A DNA stretch of 64,000 nt, from contig CAYSJF010000001.1 of NCBI GenBank assembly GCA_964431265.1, forward strand, positions 1,358-65,357. Reading direction: 5' to 3'. Of the stretch, positions 55,272 through 64,000 are shown piece after piece. Source of the DNA: an uncultured Alistipes sp. (GTDB lineage: Bacteria > Bacteroidota > Bacteroidia > Bacteroidales > Rikenellaceae). The position numbers were made by a program, and so were the translations under genes. Positions within the stretch are counted from its first letter, which is position 1, and every line of letters starts with the position of its first letter. The notes under the pieces are model-generated. The model ran no database searches. It saw nothing but the letters and a program-made list of their open reading frames with translations, and was not told the DNA's origin.

Positions 55272-57686
55272 TCAGAATTGCGGGCCGCTTTCGCGCGGCT
55301 GCCCCGCTTCGAAGCCCAGTTCGCGCATCCACTCGACCGTGGCGGGATCGACCAGATCGATCCGGTCGGCCCAGCGTTGCTGCTCGACCAGCATCTTGCG
55401 ACGCTCGTCAAGGCTGCGGCGCAGCGGGAACGACGGACGAGGCAGCGCCGAACGCGCCTCCCGCTCGGAGGGACGGATGCGGCGGTCGAAGACGTCGCGC
55501 TGCGAGGGACGCCGAGCGCCCTCCCACCTGAACCCTTTCAGATAGAGTTCCCGTTCGGGCGGTATCTTGTCCATCGGATAGATCGAGTAGCGGGGTTCGT
55601 TGTACCACGACATGCGCACCACCTCCTGCTCGTCGACATAGAAGTTGATGCCGCCGCTCTCCACGAAGAACAGCCCCGTTACCTGGGGCGGCTCGCCGTC
55701 CTGGTTGTAGTAGAGGGTCTGCGCGTTGCCGTTCACGTTGTCGAGCCAGATTTCGTTGTCGCGGAAATAGGCCGTCATCTCCTTGCCGGCGATCTGGTTG
55801 TAGTGGATCGTGTCGAGCCGGCTCACCATCATCGGGCCGCCCACGAACTCGGCCCGCTCGATCCCGCCGCCGCGCGTGTAGACATCCATCACCTCCGAGG
55901 TGATCTGGTTCTGCGCGTTCCACAGCACCGGGTCGATATGGAGGTGGATCGTCGAATCGGCGCTCAACGCCGTGATCGAGTCGCAGACGCTCTGGAAGTC
56001 GGAACGGTAAATCCGCACGTTGCGGTAGCCTTTCATCAGGCGGTAGATGCTGTCGTGAACGGGCCGCAGCTCCAGACTGTCCATCGCTTCGGTCACCGCC
56101 GTACTGTCGGCGGCCCATTGCTTGTAGAGCAGGCGCAGCAGCGAATCCCGCTCGTCGGCATTGTGCGCCAGCCGGTCGTCGATCGCCCGCAGCGCCGCCG
56201 AATCCACCGGCAGGAGCTTCCCCTTGCGGGCGGCACGGGCCTGACGGGCGCGCAGCTTCGATTCGGCCTTGAGCCGGCGGGCGGTCAACCGTGCCTCCTC
56301 GCGCTCTTTCTGCGCCAGCAGCTTGGCCGTGGTCGCGGCCCGACGCCGGGCGGCGATTTCGTCCAGCAACTCCTTTTTGGCTGCCGCAGCAGCTTTCTTC
56401 CGGGCTTCTTTCGCTTTGCGGGCCTCCTCCTTGCGCAGTGCCTTGCGCTCGGCAGCAGACAGACGCACCGTATCGGCCGACGACGAATCGACCGCCCCGC
56501 CATGCCCCAGCGAATCGGCTGCGGCACCGACATGCAACGAGTCGGCTCCTAATCCGCGATCCGAAGAATCGGGTATTTCCGTACCCTCCTGCGCATCCGC
56601 CGCCGCACCGTCCGCGCGCACGGCAGCGCCGGAGCGCCCGCTTCCCGCCGAATCGCCCGCCGCAACGTCATCCGCCGCATCCCCGTCGCCGGACGATGCC
56701 GGAGCCGCCCGGTTTTCAGATGCGTCGAGATCGCCTTTTTTTTCGTCCTCCCACCGGATCGTATAGAGGAATATCGAGTCGGCCCGCATGAAAAGCGAAT
56801 CGCCCTGCGAGAGGTCGTAGCTCACCAACGAGGGGTTGCGCGTGAGAAACGCATCGCCGGGTTCCTGCCAATATTCGCCATAGTCGGCGAACGCCAGCAC
56901 TTGATGCGGCGCGTCGTCGAGCTGCATGTCGTGGCGCAGGATCACATGGTTCCTGGCCCGGTAGAAATCGATGCTGTCGCTCCACATCTCCTGCTCGCGG
57001 GTCAGCACATAGCCGTTGCGCGTCACCACATAGAGCGTGTCCGCCTTGCGGTATTCGCCCCGATCGGCATAGAGATAGTCGCCGTCGTGGCTCCAGATGT
57101 TGGTGCGGTCGAAAAAGTAGGCGTTGTCCGTCGCCATGTTGTAGACCACCGAATCGCCCTTGAGTTCGTAATCGTCGCTGCGCATTTCGACCTGCTCGAC
57201 CGCCGCCAGCTCCTTGGTGTCGGCATAGTAGTAGCCGCGCACCGATTCGAGCACGTTGTCGCGGTTGGTCAGCACGCCACCGTCGCCGAACTGGCCGATA
57301 TTCTCCTTGGTGTCGAACAGAAACCGGTAGGTGTAGAGCGTGGCATCGCCGTCGACGACCTTCACGATGTCGGAATAGACCCGTGCCTGGTTGATTTCGC
57401 CGTTGTAGTCGGCGCGGTCGCCGTAGATGTAGGTCGTGTTCTTGTTGATGAGCACGTTGCCGAAGAATTCGATCCGCTTGTCCGAGTAGCGCACGGCGCT
57501 GTCGCACGTGATGACCGCCCCGTTGTGCTGCGCGGCGAAGTTGCCCACCAGAAAGATCACCGAATCGCCCGGCGCCACCGGCCCCGAAAGGTCGGACTTC
57601 AGGTCTATGATCTTCGTGTCGCCGCCGTTGGCGAAAATCGCCCCGCAAGCCGCCAGACACGCCGCTATGGTAAGAATCCGCCGCAC
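55272..57686 (-). CDS. OstA-like (LptA/LptD N-terminal beta-jellyroll) protein
   Basis: CDSA..Y, FFGNV, YRNVRIYRSDFQSVCDS, PVLW, YNQIAGK, LKGFRW. Long low-complexity insert. Confidence 0.82.
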   Translation of the reverse strand: MRRILTIAACLAACGAIFANGGDTKIIDLKSDLSGPVAPGDSVIFLVGNFAAQHNGAVITCDSAVRYSDKRIEFFGNVLINKNTTYIYGDRADYNGEINQARVYSDIVKVVDGDATLYTYRFLFDTKENIGQFGDGGVLTNRDNVLESVRGYYYADTKELAAVEQVEMRSDDYELKGDSVVYNMATDNAYFFDRTNIWSHDGDYLYADRGEYRKADTLYVVTRNGYVLTREQEMWSDSIDFYRARNHVILRHDMQLDDAPHQVLAFADYGEYWQEPGDAFLTRNPSLVSYDLSQGDSLFMRADSIFLYTIRWEDEKKGDLDASENRAAPASSGDGDAADDVAAGDSAGSGRSGAAVRADGAAADAQEGTEIPDSSDRGLGADSLHVGAAADSLGHGGAVDSSSADTVRLSAAERKALRKEEARKAKEARKKAAAAAKKELLDEIAARRRAATTAKLLAQKEREEARLTARRLKAESKLRARQARAARKGKLLPVDSAALRAIDDRLAHNADERDSLLRLLYKQWAADSTAVTEAMDSLELRPVHDSIYRLMKGYRNVRIYRSDFQSVCDSITALSADSTIHLHIDPVLWNAQNQITSEVMDVYTRGGGIERAEFVGGPMMVSRLDTIHYNQIAGKEMTAYFRDNEIWLDNVNGNAQTLYYNQDGEPPQVTGLFFVESGGINFYVDEQEVVRMSWYNEPRYSIYPMDKIPPERELYLKGFRWEGARRPSQRDVFDRRIRPSEREARSALPRPSFPLRRSLDERRKMLVEQQRWADRIDLVDPATVEWMRELGFEAGQPRESGPQF

Positions 57687-57690
57687 GACG

Positions 57691-59097
57691 CTACTTCACC
57701 CAATGGTCGTTTTCGAATTCGCCCGTGCGGAACTCGGGGTCGATATACACATACATGGCGTCGATCTTCCGGGTGAGCCACTCGCGGAACACCCGCTCCT
57801 GCTTGGCTTCGAGCGCCATCTCCTCCAGTCGGAGGTAGTCCTCCTCGAGCGAGGCCTTGTGCGTGGGGATGATCTCTATGAGTTTCACCACCTTGGCCAT
57901 CTGGTTGCCCAGCATGTCTTCGGTCAGGAAGGCTTCGGATATCTGCCCCGGCTTGAGTTTCATCAGGGCGTTGTAGTCGTCCAGACTCTTGAAGCGGCCG
58001 AAATCCTCGCGCAGGAACTTGGTCACCGTCAGCTTGGGATTCGTGGCGTTGTAGTAGCTCATGATGTCGCTGTTCGACACCACGCCGCCGTTCATCTTCG
58101 ACCCCTTGTCGTCGGAGTGGAGCAGCGCCGCCCGCTCGAAGGTGATCGAGTCGCTGCGGATCAGTTTCACCAGGCTGTCCAGCGTCGTGAGCGACGCGGT
58201 CTGCTCCTCGACCGTGTAGATCGGGCGCAGGAGGATGTGGCGGAAGTGATAGTACTCGCCCTGCTTGTCGATGAGCTGGATGATGTGGAACCCGAACTGC
58301 GACTCCACCACCTCCGAGATCTGCCCGGGCCGCAGCTTTTCGAGCGCGGCGCCGAACGACGGATCGAGTTCCACCAGACGCGAGGGCTGCATCTCGCCGC
58401 CGCGCATCATCGTCCCGGGATCCTGCGAATACATGCGGGCCAGGTTCTCGAACTTGGCGTTGCCCGTGATGGCGCGTTCGCGCATGTCCAACAGCCGCTC
58501 GCGCGTGCGCTGCTTGGCCTCGGTCATCGACTTGGGAAACTTGGTGATCTGCGCATATACATACTGCTCGGCTACGGTGGGCAGGCTGTCGCGCGACAGC
58601 GACTTGTAGAACCGCTCCACCTCGCCCGGCACGATCGTCACCTTGCCCGTCACCGTGCGCTGCATCTCGTTGGCATACTCCTGCTCCTCGTAGCGCTGGC
58701 GCATCATCTCGCGGATGCTGAATACGGGCATGTGCTGCTTGGCTTCGAGCTGCGCCAGCGACCCTTCCCGGGCGATGAGGCCCTGCAGCTGCTCCTCCAC
58801 GGCCGAGAGAATGGCGCCGTCGTTGACCTTCACCGAGTCGATCTGCGCCTGGTTGAAGAGCAGTTTCTGCGTCATCAGCGCCTCCAGCGCCTCGTTCTGC
58901 GGATCGCGGTCGGAGGTGTAGCCCTCCTGGCGGCGCTGCTGCACGAGCATGCGGGCATATTCGTCCACCTCCGAATAGAGGATCGACGAACCGCCCACCA
59001 CGGCGACCACCTTGTCGAGCATCACCTGCCTTTTCTGCGCCGCGACGCCCATGCACACGAGCGCGCACGCCGCGAAGACCACACTTTTCCTGAACAT
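57691..59097 (-). CDS. surA: SurA-like peptidyl-prolyl isomerase
   Basis: LDKVVAVVG, FENLARMYSQDPG...GG, ESQFGFHIIQL, RHILL. Confidence 0.88.
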   Translation of the reverse strand: MFRKSVVFAACALVCMGVAAQKRQVMLDKVVAVVGGSSILYSEVDEYARMLVQQRRQEGYTSDRDPQNEALEALMTQKLLFNQAQIDSVKVNDGAILSAVEEQLQGLIAREGSLAQLEAKQHMPVFSIREMMRQRYEEQEYANEMQRTVTGKVTIVPGEVERFYKSLSRDSLPTVAEQYVYAQITKFPKSMTEAKQRTRERLLDMRERAITGNAKFENLARMYSQDPGTMMRGGEMQPSRLVELDPSFGAALEKLRPGQISEVVESQFGFHIIQLIDKQGEYYHFRHILLRPIYTVEEQTASLTTLDSLVKLIRSDSITFERAALLHSDDKGSKMNGGVVSNSDIMSYYNATNPKLTVTKFLREDFGRFKSLDDYNALMKLKPGQISEAFLTEDMLGNQMAKVVKLIEIIPTHKASLEEDYLRLEEMALEAKQERVFREWLTRKIDAMYVYIDPEFRTGEFENDHWVK

Positions 59098-59109
59098 GCG
59101 ATATGACTT

Positions 59110-59997
59110 TTAATCTTCGGCTTTCTCCGTCGAACGGTTCTTGAATATCTTCGCCTCGCCGCTCTCGATGGCCTCGCGGTAGAGTTCCTCCTCGTGACGG
59201 CGGATCGCCTCGCTCTGGCGCTGGTTGAGCAGGATGCGGCGGATCGTCGGCCGCAACCGCTCGATCGGAGCCGCGTCGCCCTCGCGCCGCACGGCGTCGA
59301 TCTGGAAGAAGTAGTGCGACCGGATGTCGCGCATCTCCTGCACCGCGGTCGACGCCAGCACCGAATTATAACTCTGCGACTGCAGGGTCGGCAGGTAGTC
59401 CAGGAACTCCGAGAAATCCGTCCACTGCTCCCGGAAGTTGGTCACCGTGAAGTTATTCTTCACGCACATGTCGCGGAAATCGTGCTGGTCGGCCACCGAC
59501 TTCGAGGCCATCGCCTCCTTGAGGCGGCGCGCCTGCCGATACTCTTCGGGAAAGCGCACGATCCGCCCCTTGACCATCGGACGGTCGAGCCGGAAATCGT
59601 TCTTGTGGGTCTTGTAATACGCCGCGATCGCCTCCTCGGTGATCGTGGTGTCCACTCCCTTGTTCACATAGTGCTGCTCCAGCTTGCGGATCAGCAGGGC
59701 CTGACGATACTCCTCGACCATCCTGTCGATGTCAGCTTCCGACGAAGAGAACAGCACCCCCGCTTCCTGCAGCTTCAGCTGCTTGCGCACCCAGCGCTCC
59801 ACATACATGTCGAGGAACGCCACGCTGTCGGCGCCCGACATCTTCTTGGGCACCACCGACTGCACGTCGCGCTGGCGCAACTCCTTGCCGCCGGCACGTG
59901 CCAGCACGGCATCGTTCGAAAGGTAACTCGGCAGCTCCTGACATCCCGTCAGCAAAACGACCGCCGCCATCGCTATGTTTCTTATCGTCTGTTTCAT
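59110..59997 (-). CDS. PPIase-associated lipoprotein (conserved upstream of surA in Bacteroidetes)
   Basis: Lipobox LTGC, VLARAG..L, YRQALLI..., IRRILLNQR. -7 box TATCTTTG at 60003-60010. Confidence 0.72.
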   Translation of the reverse strand: MKQTIRNIAMAAVVLLTGCQELPSYLSNDAVLARAGGKELRQRDVQSVVPKKMSGADSVAFLDMYVERWVRKQLKLQEAGVLFSSSEADIDRMVEEYRQALLIRKLEQHYVNKGVDTTITEEAIAAYYKTHKNDFRLDRPMVKGRIVRFPEEYRQARRLKEAMASKSVADQHDFRDMCVKNNFTVTNFREQWTDFSEFLDYLPTLQSQSYNSVLASTAVQEMRDIRSHYFFQIDAVRREGDAAPIERLRPTIRRILLNQRQSEAIRRHEEELYREAIESGEAKIFKNRSTEKAED

Positions 59998-60049
59998 CTC
60001 GACAAAGATAGGGTTTTTACCCGAAACTAACGCAGTTTCGGTCTCTTTA

Positions 60050-60952
60050 TTACGCGGTTTCCTCTTTTTTCCGCTCTTGGTTCATCCGACGCAACGTGCG
60101 CGCCGCCATCCAGGCCGACAGCACCGTGACGACCACGGCGCCCGCATAGACGATCCGGTAAACCGTACGGTCGTCCACCAGCTCGGCAAGCGTCGCCTCG
60201 CCATAGCCCGTCAGCAGCAGCAGATAGGCCACCGCATTGTTGAGCGCGTGCAGGATCATCGTGGCCCACAGCGAGTCGGTCACGATGTAGACGTAGCCCA
60301 GAATCAGCCCGATCACGAACGCATTGACCACCAGCACCGGCTGCAGATGCAGCACCCCGAAAAAGAGCGCCGACACCAGCCACGCCGCGATCGCCCCGTA
60401 GCGGTCGCGCAACGCCCCCAGCACCACGCCGCGGCACAGCAGCTCTTCGAGCACGGGAGCCGCCGCCACCAGCATCGCCAGCGCCCAGCCGCCGCGGCCG
60501 AACGCATACGGCTTCGGTGCGGGCAGCAGCGACAGCAGGGGTTCGCACACCGCGCTCACCGCCAGCATGAAGACGAACGCCCACAGCAGCAGCATGGGAT
60601 TCAGCCCGCGGGTCGAGAAGCGCCCGATCGGGCCTGTGCCGCCGCGCACATGTCTGTACCACAGCACCATGAAATAGGCCGGCACCATCGCCAGCAGGTA
60701 GACTGCCGCCATATAGCGCCCCTGCAGCAACGGATCGTCGGCCGCCGGTTCGCCCCCCAATACCGCCGTCACGAACGATACCGCCAGCGACGCCACGATC
60801 TGCATGCCCAGCACGATGCCCAGCATGGCCAGCAGGTCGCCCGCCGAGGGAAACGGTTTGCGCCCGACCGGCATCTCCGGCCGGCTTTCGGTTCGCTCCG
60901 TCGCGGCTTCGGCTTCGGGCAGGGATCTGTTTTTTTCGGTCATCGGTCGCAT
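60050..60952 (-). CDS. CPBP (CAAX/Abi) intramembrane metalloprotease
   Basis: APVLEELLCRG, FGVLH, ILHALNN. Start placed downstream of the -7 box TACCTTTG (60973-60980). Confidence 0.88.
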   Translation of the reverse strand: MRPMTEKNRSLPEAEAATERTESRPEMPVGRKPFPSAGDLLAMLGIVLGMQIVASLAVSFVTAVLGGEPAADDPLLQGRYMAAVYLLAMVPAYFMVLWYRHVRGGTGPIGRFSTRGLNPMLLLWAFVFMLAVSAVCEPLLSLLPAPKPYAFGRGGWALAMLVAAAPVLEELLCRGVVLGALRDRYGAIAAWLVSALFFGVLHLQPVLVVNAFVIGLILGYVYIVTDSLWATMILHALNNAVAYLLLLTGYGEATLAELVDDRTVYRIVYAGAVVVTVLSAWMAARTLRRMNQERKKEETA

Positions 60953-61053
60953 CGAATCGTTTTTTGACGTCCCAAAGGTAATCAATTTTCGGCAACGGTT
61001 GCGGATTTCGATTTAATTTCACTAAATTTGTCCGCTTATAAACCCATCCGAAC

Positions 61054-61818
61054 ATGGCAAAAGTTATCGCATTAGCCAATCAGAAAGGTGGCGTGGGCAA
61101 AACCACCACGGCCATCAACCTTGCCGCATCGCTGGCCCTGCTGGGGCAGAAAGTGCTGCTGCTCGACGCCGATCCCCAGGCCAACGCCACCTCGGGACTG
61201 GGTTTCGACATCGATCTGGAGGGCATCTACGAGTGCATCGCAGGTACGCGCCAGGCCTCGGAAGTGATCCTCGAAAGCCCCGACGTGAAGAACCTTTGGG
61301 TGCTCCCCTCGTCGATCGACCTGGTAGCCGCCGACGCCGAGCTGCCCAAGATGGAGGATGCCCACCATGTCCTCAAGCGCATCGTCGATTCGGTGCGCGA
61401 GCGGTTCGACTACATCTTCATCGACTGTTCGCCCTCGCTGGGCTACACCACGGTCAACATCCTCACGGCGGCCGACACGGTGCTCATCCCCGTGCAATGC
61501 GAATACCTCGCCCTCGAAGGGCTTTCGAAGCTCCTGGCCACGATCCGCAAGGTCAAGAGTTCGCTCAACCCCTCGCTCGAAATCGAAGGGTTCCTGCTGA
61601 CCATGTACATGCGCAACCGCCTCAACAACCAGGTGGTCACCGAGGTGCGCGACCACTTCGGCGCCCTGACCTACGAGACGGTCATCCTGCGCAACATCCG
61701 CCTGGGCGAGGCCCCCTCGCACGGCAAGCCCATCGTCCTCTACGATGCGACGGCCTCCGGCGCCGAGAACTACTTGAGTCTGGCACGGGAATTTCTCAAA
61801 CGCAACAAGAAAAACTGA
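61054..61818 (+). CDS. parA: Chromosome partitioning ATPase ParA/Soj
   Basis: [40 protein letters not shown]. Confidence 0.96.
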   Translation: MAKVIALANQKGGVGKTTTAINLAASLALLGQKVLLLDADPQANATSGLGFDIDLEGIYECIAGTRQASEVILESPDVKNLWVLPSSIDLVAADAELPKMEDAHHVLKRIVDSVRERFDYIFIDCSPSLGYTTVNILTAADTVLIPVQCEYLALEGLSKLLATIRKVKSSLNPSLEIEGFLLTMYMRNRLNNQVVTEVRDHFGALTYETVILRNIRLGEAPSHGKPIVLYDATASGAENYLSLAREFLKRNKKN

Positions 61819-61821
61819 TCC

Positions 61822-62700
61822 ATGAAACAGCAGAAAGGTTTAGGTCGCGGTCTGGACGCCATCTTCGGCGCCGATTCGCTCGACACGCTCGACGCCCGTC
61901 TCAAACCCATGAGCCGCATGGCCGAGATCGAGATCGCCGACATCATCCCCAACCCCACGCAGCCCCGCACGCAGTTCGACGAGGAGGCGCTCGACGAGCT
62001 GGCCGACTCGATCCGCCAGCTGGGCGTCATCCAGCCCGTCACGGTCAAGAAGTCGGACAACGGCAAATACGTCATCATCAGCGGCGAACGTCGCTGGCGC
62101 GCCGCGCAGCGGGCCGATCTGAAGACCCTGCCCGCCTACATCCGCGAGGTCGACGACGAGAACCTCCACGCCATGGCCCTCGTGGAGAACATCCAGCGTC
62201 AGGACCTCAATGCCATCGAAATCGCGCTGGGCATGCAGCGTCTTCTGGACGAGTGCCACCTCACGCAGGACGCCCTTTCCGAGAAAGTGGGCAAGAAACG
62301 TTCGTCGGTGTCGAACTACCTGCGTCTGCTGAAACTTCCCGACCAGGTGCAGCTGGCGCTCAAGGAGGGCCTGATCTCCATGGGCCACGCCAAGGCCATC
62401 GCCGGCGCTCCCGAAGAGGAGCAGTTGCGCGTGCTGAAGAAGTGCGTCCGCAAATCGCTCTCCGTGCGTCAGGCCGAGGAGCTGGTGCGTTCGCTCTCCG
62501 AACAGCCGACGCCGGCCGCCCCCGCCGAGGACGAGGAGTATCCCGAAAGCTACTCGCGGTTGGTGGAGCAGCTCGAAAAGTTCTTCTCGCAGGAGATCGC
62601 CATCAAGCGCTCCAAGAACGGCGGCGGCAAGATCACCATCGGCTTCGCCGACGACAAGGATATCGAGCGGTTCATCGAGCGTTTCAACTCCCGTTCCTGA
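61822..62700 (+). CDS. parB: Chromosome partitioning protein ParB/Spo0J
   Basis: GLGRGLDA, PNPTQPR, GERRWRA, ENIQRQDL, HTH RSSVSNYLRLL. Confidence 0.96.
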   Translation: MKQQKGLGRGLDAIFGADSLDTLDARLKPMSRMAEIEIADIIPNPTQPRTQFDEEALDELADSIRQLGVIQPVTVKKSDNGKYVIISGERRWRAAQRADLKTLPAYIREVDDENLHAMALVENIQRQDLNAIEIALGMQRLLDECHLTQDALSEKVGKKRSSVSNYLRLLKLPDQVQLALKEGLISMGHAKAIAGAPEEEQLRVLKKCVRKSLSVRQAEELVRSLSEQPTPAAPAEDEEYPESYSRLVEQLEKFFSQEIAIKRSKNGGGKITIGFADDKDIERFIERFNSRS

Positions 62701-62706
62701 ACCCGC

Positions 62707-63876
62707 ATGGCCCGAATCCGGAACCGATTGTTACTGCTCCTCGCCGCGCTCTGCGTAGCCTCCACGGCCGACGCCCAGCTGCGGCGCGGTGCGCGTACGG
62801 TCGTACGCGGCGGCATGACTCCCCGACCGGATTCCCTGCGCATGCGGGCCGACTCGCTCGCCGAGTCGGCTTTCGCCGCTTCGCTCGATTCGCTGTTCGA
62901 CGCCGAGTTCCGCGCCGACTCGATCCGCGTGGCCCTGCTCCGCACCGACGATCGCCGTACCCTCGACTCGCTGGCCGCCGCCCGCGCCGAACAGCCCGAC
63001 GCTCCCCGGATCGACACCGCCCGACGGCAGGTTTTCCGCAAGGGGTGGTTCATGAACGACTCCATGTCGCTGTCCAAGGTGTGCTGGATTTCGACCGTCG
63101 TGCCCGGCTACGGCCAGATCTACAACAAGCAGTACTGGAAACTCCCGATCCTCTACGGCACCGTGGGCGCCGGGCTGGCGCTCTTCATCCACGAGAACAA
63201 CGCCTACCGTCCTCTCAAGCGGCAGTACGACGCCGTCACCGACCGGAGTCTGGTGCGCACGCCCGAGCTGAACGCCCTGCAGGACAGGATGATCCGCAGC
63301 AACACGCGCCGCCAGATCTATTTAGGGCTGACCATCGCCTCCTACGTCTATTTCATCGGCGACGCCGCGGTCAACTACTCCACCAACGACGTCTCCCACG
63401 TCAAGAAAGCCACCACTCTGGCCTGCATCTTCCCCGGTGCGGGGCAGGTCTACAACAAAAGCTACTGGAAAGTGCCCTTCGTCGTGGGCGGCTTCGCGTC
63501 GATGATCTACTGCATCGACTGGAACAACCGCGGCTACCAGCGTTTCAAGAAAGCCTACGCCCTGCTGGCCGACTACAACCTGCATCCCGAGAACTACCCC
63601 GACGGCCCGACCGACGAGTTCCACGGACGCTATTCGGCCGATTTCCTGCGCAACCTGCGCAACAACAACCGCCGCAACCGCGACCTGTGCATCATCATCA
63701 CCGGCGCGCTCTACATCCTGCAAATCGTCGATGCCCACGTCGATGCCCACTTGAAAGACTACGATATTTCCGACGACCTCTCGATGAATCTGGAGCCGTT
63801 GGTCGATTATACCTACGTGCCGACCCTGCGAGGCAACCGCCCCGTATTCGGATTCAATTTAAGCCTCAATTTCTGA
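62707..63876 (+). CDS. DUF5683-like protein with two tandem repeats
   Basis: PGYGQIYNKQYWKLP and PGAGQVYNKSYWKVP repeats, IVDAHVDAHL..YDI. Usual position after parB. Confidence 0.82.
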   Translation: MARIRNRLLLLLAALCVASTADAQLRRGARTVVRGGMTPRPDSLRMRADSLAESAFAASLDSLFDAEFRADSIRVALLRTDDRRTLDSLAAARAEQPDAPRIDTARRQVFRKGWFMNDSMSLSKVCWISTVVPGYGQIYNKQYWKLPILYGTVGAGLALFIHENNAYRPLKRQYDAVTDRSLVRTPELNALQDRMIRSNTRRQIYLGLTIASYVYFIGDAAVNYSTNDVSHVKKATTLACIFPGAGQVYNKSYWKVPFVVGGFASMIYCIDWNNRGYQRFKKAYALLADYNLHPENYPDGPTDEFHGRYSADFLRNLRNNNRRNRDLCIIITGALYILQIVDAHVDAHLKDYDISDDLSMNLEPLVDYTYVPTLRGNRPVFGFNLSLNF

Positions 63877-63880
63877 TTCG

Positions 63881-64000
63881 ATGAAATACACCGTTCTCCT
63901 GTTGGCTTCGCTGGTTCTGGCCGGTTCGCCCGCGTTCGCAGCCGAGCGAAGTCCCCGCAAAAAAAACCAGCCGACGCAAACCGACGCCTACTACGCCGCC
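63881..64000 (+). CDS. Secreted protein N-terminus, truncated by the window (possibly an MltD-type lytic transglycosylase by synteny)
   Basis: ATG 4 bp after the previous stop. Signal peptide MKYTVLLLASLVLAGSPAFA. Product inferred only from usual Bacteroidales gene order. Confidence 0.5.
   Translation, partial: MKYTVLLLASLVLAGSPAFAAERSPRKKNQPTQTDAYYAA

Noticed and set aside
59990-60005. parS-like TGTTTCA half-site near parAB
   Set aside because: The second half does not match the TGTTTCACGTGAAACA palindrome and it overlaps a start codon.
60050-60952. CPBP/Abi protein as an anti-phage gene
   Set aside because: Housekeeping context next to parA and surA. The Abi label of this family does not imply abortive infection.

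Overview
High-GC Bacteroidales window; Alistipes-like by inference from gene order, TAnnTTTG promoters and GC content. (1) 1-12.5 kb is a defence region. It holds type I R-M hsdR and the 5' end of hsdM, then a cassette of four unannotated genes behind a long structured leader. One of these looks like a stand-alone FtsZ C-terminal/T7-loop domain and another like a large-phage protein. A complete type II-C CRISPR-Cas9 locus follows: divergent tracrRNA, cas9-cas1-cas2, leader and 15 repeats/14 spacers. (2) 12.6-35 kb has an Ntn bile-salt-hydrolase/penicillin-V-acylase homologue and a FadR-regulated alginate-type PUL: SusC/D, two IPT/TIG lipoproteins, two PL6 lyases, a PL17 lyase, KdgF, an MFS transporter, an SDR, two esterases and an unclassified jelly-roll lyase. 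(3) 35-46 kb is a co-oriented cluster: TonB receptor, DUF4876-like, DUF6850-like, FISUMP, polyferredoxin and S46 peptidase. (4) 46-64 kb is housekeeping: MacAB-TolC-type efflux, AspT/YidE, MscS, OstA-like, SurA, CPBP, parA-parB-DUF5683. All family calls come from motif recognition by eye; no database searches were run.
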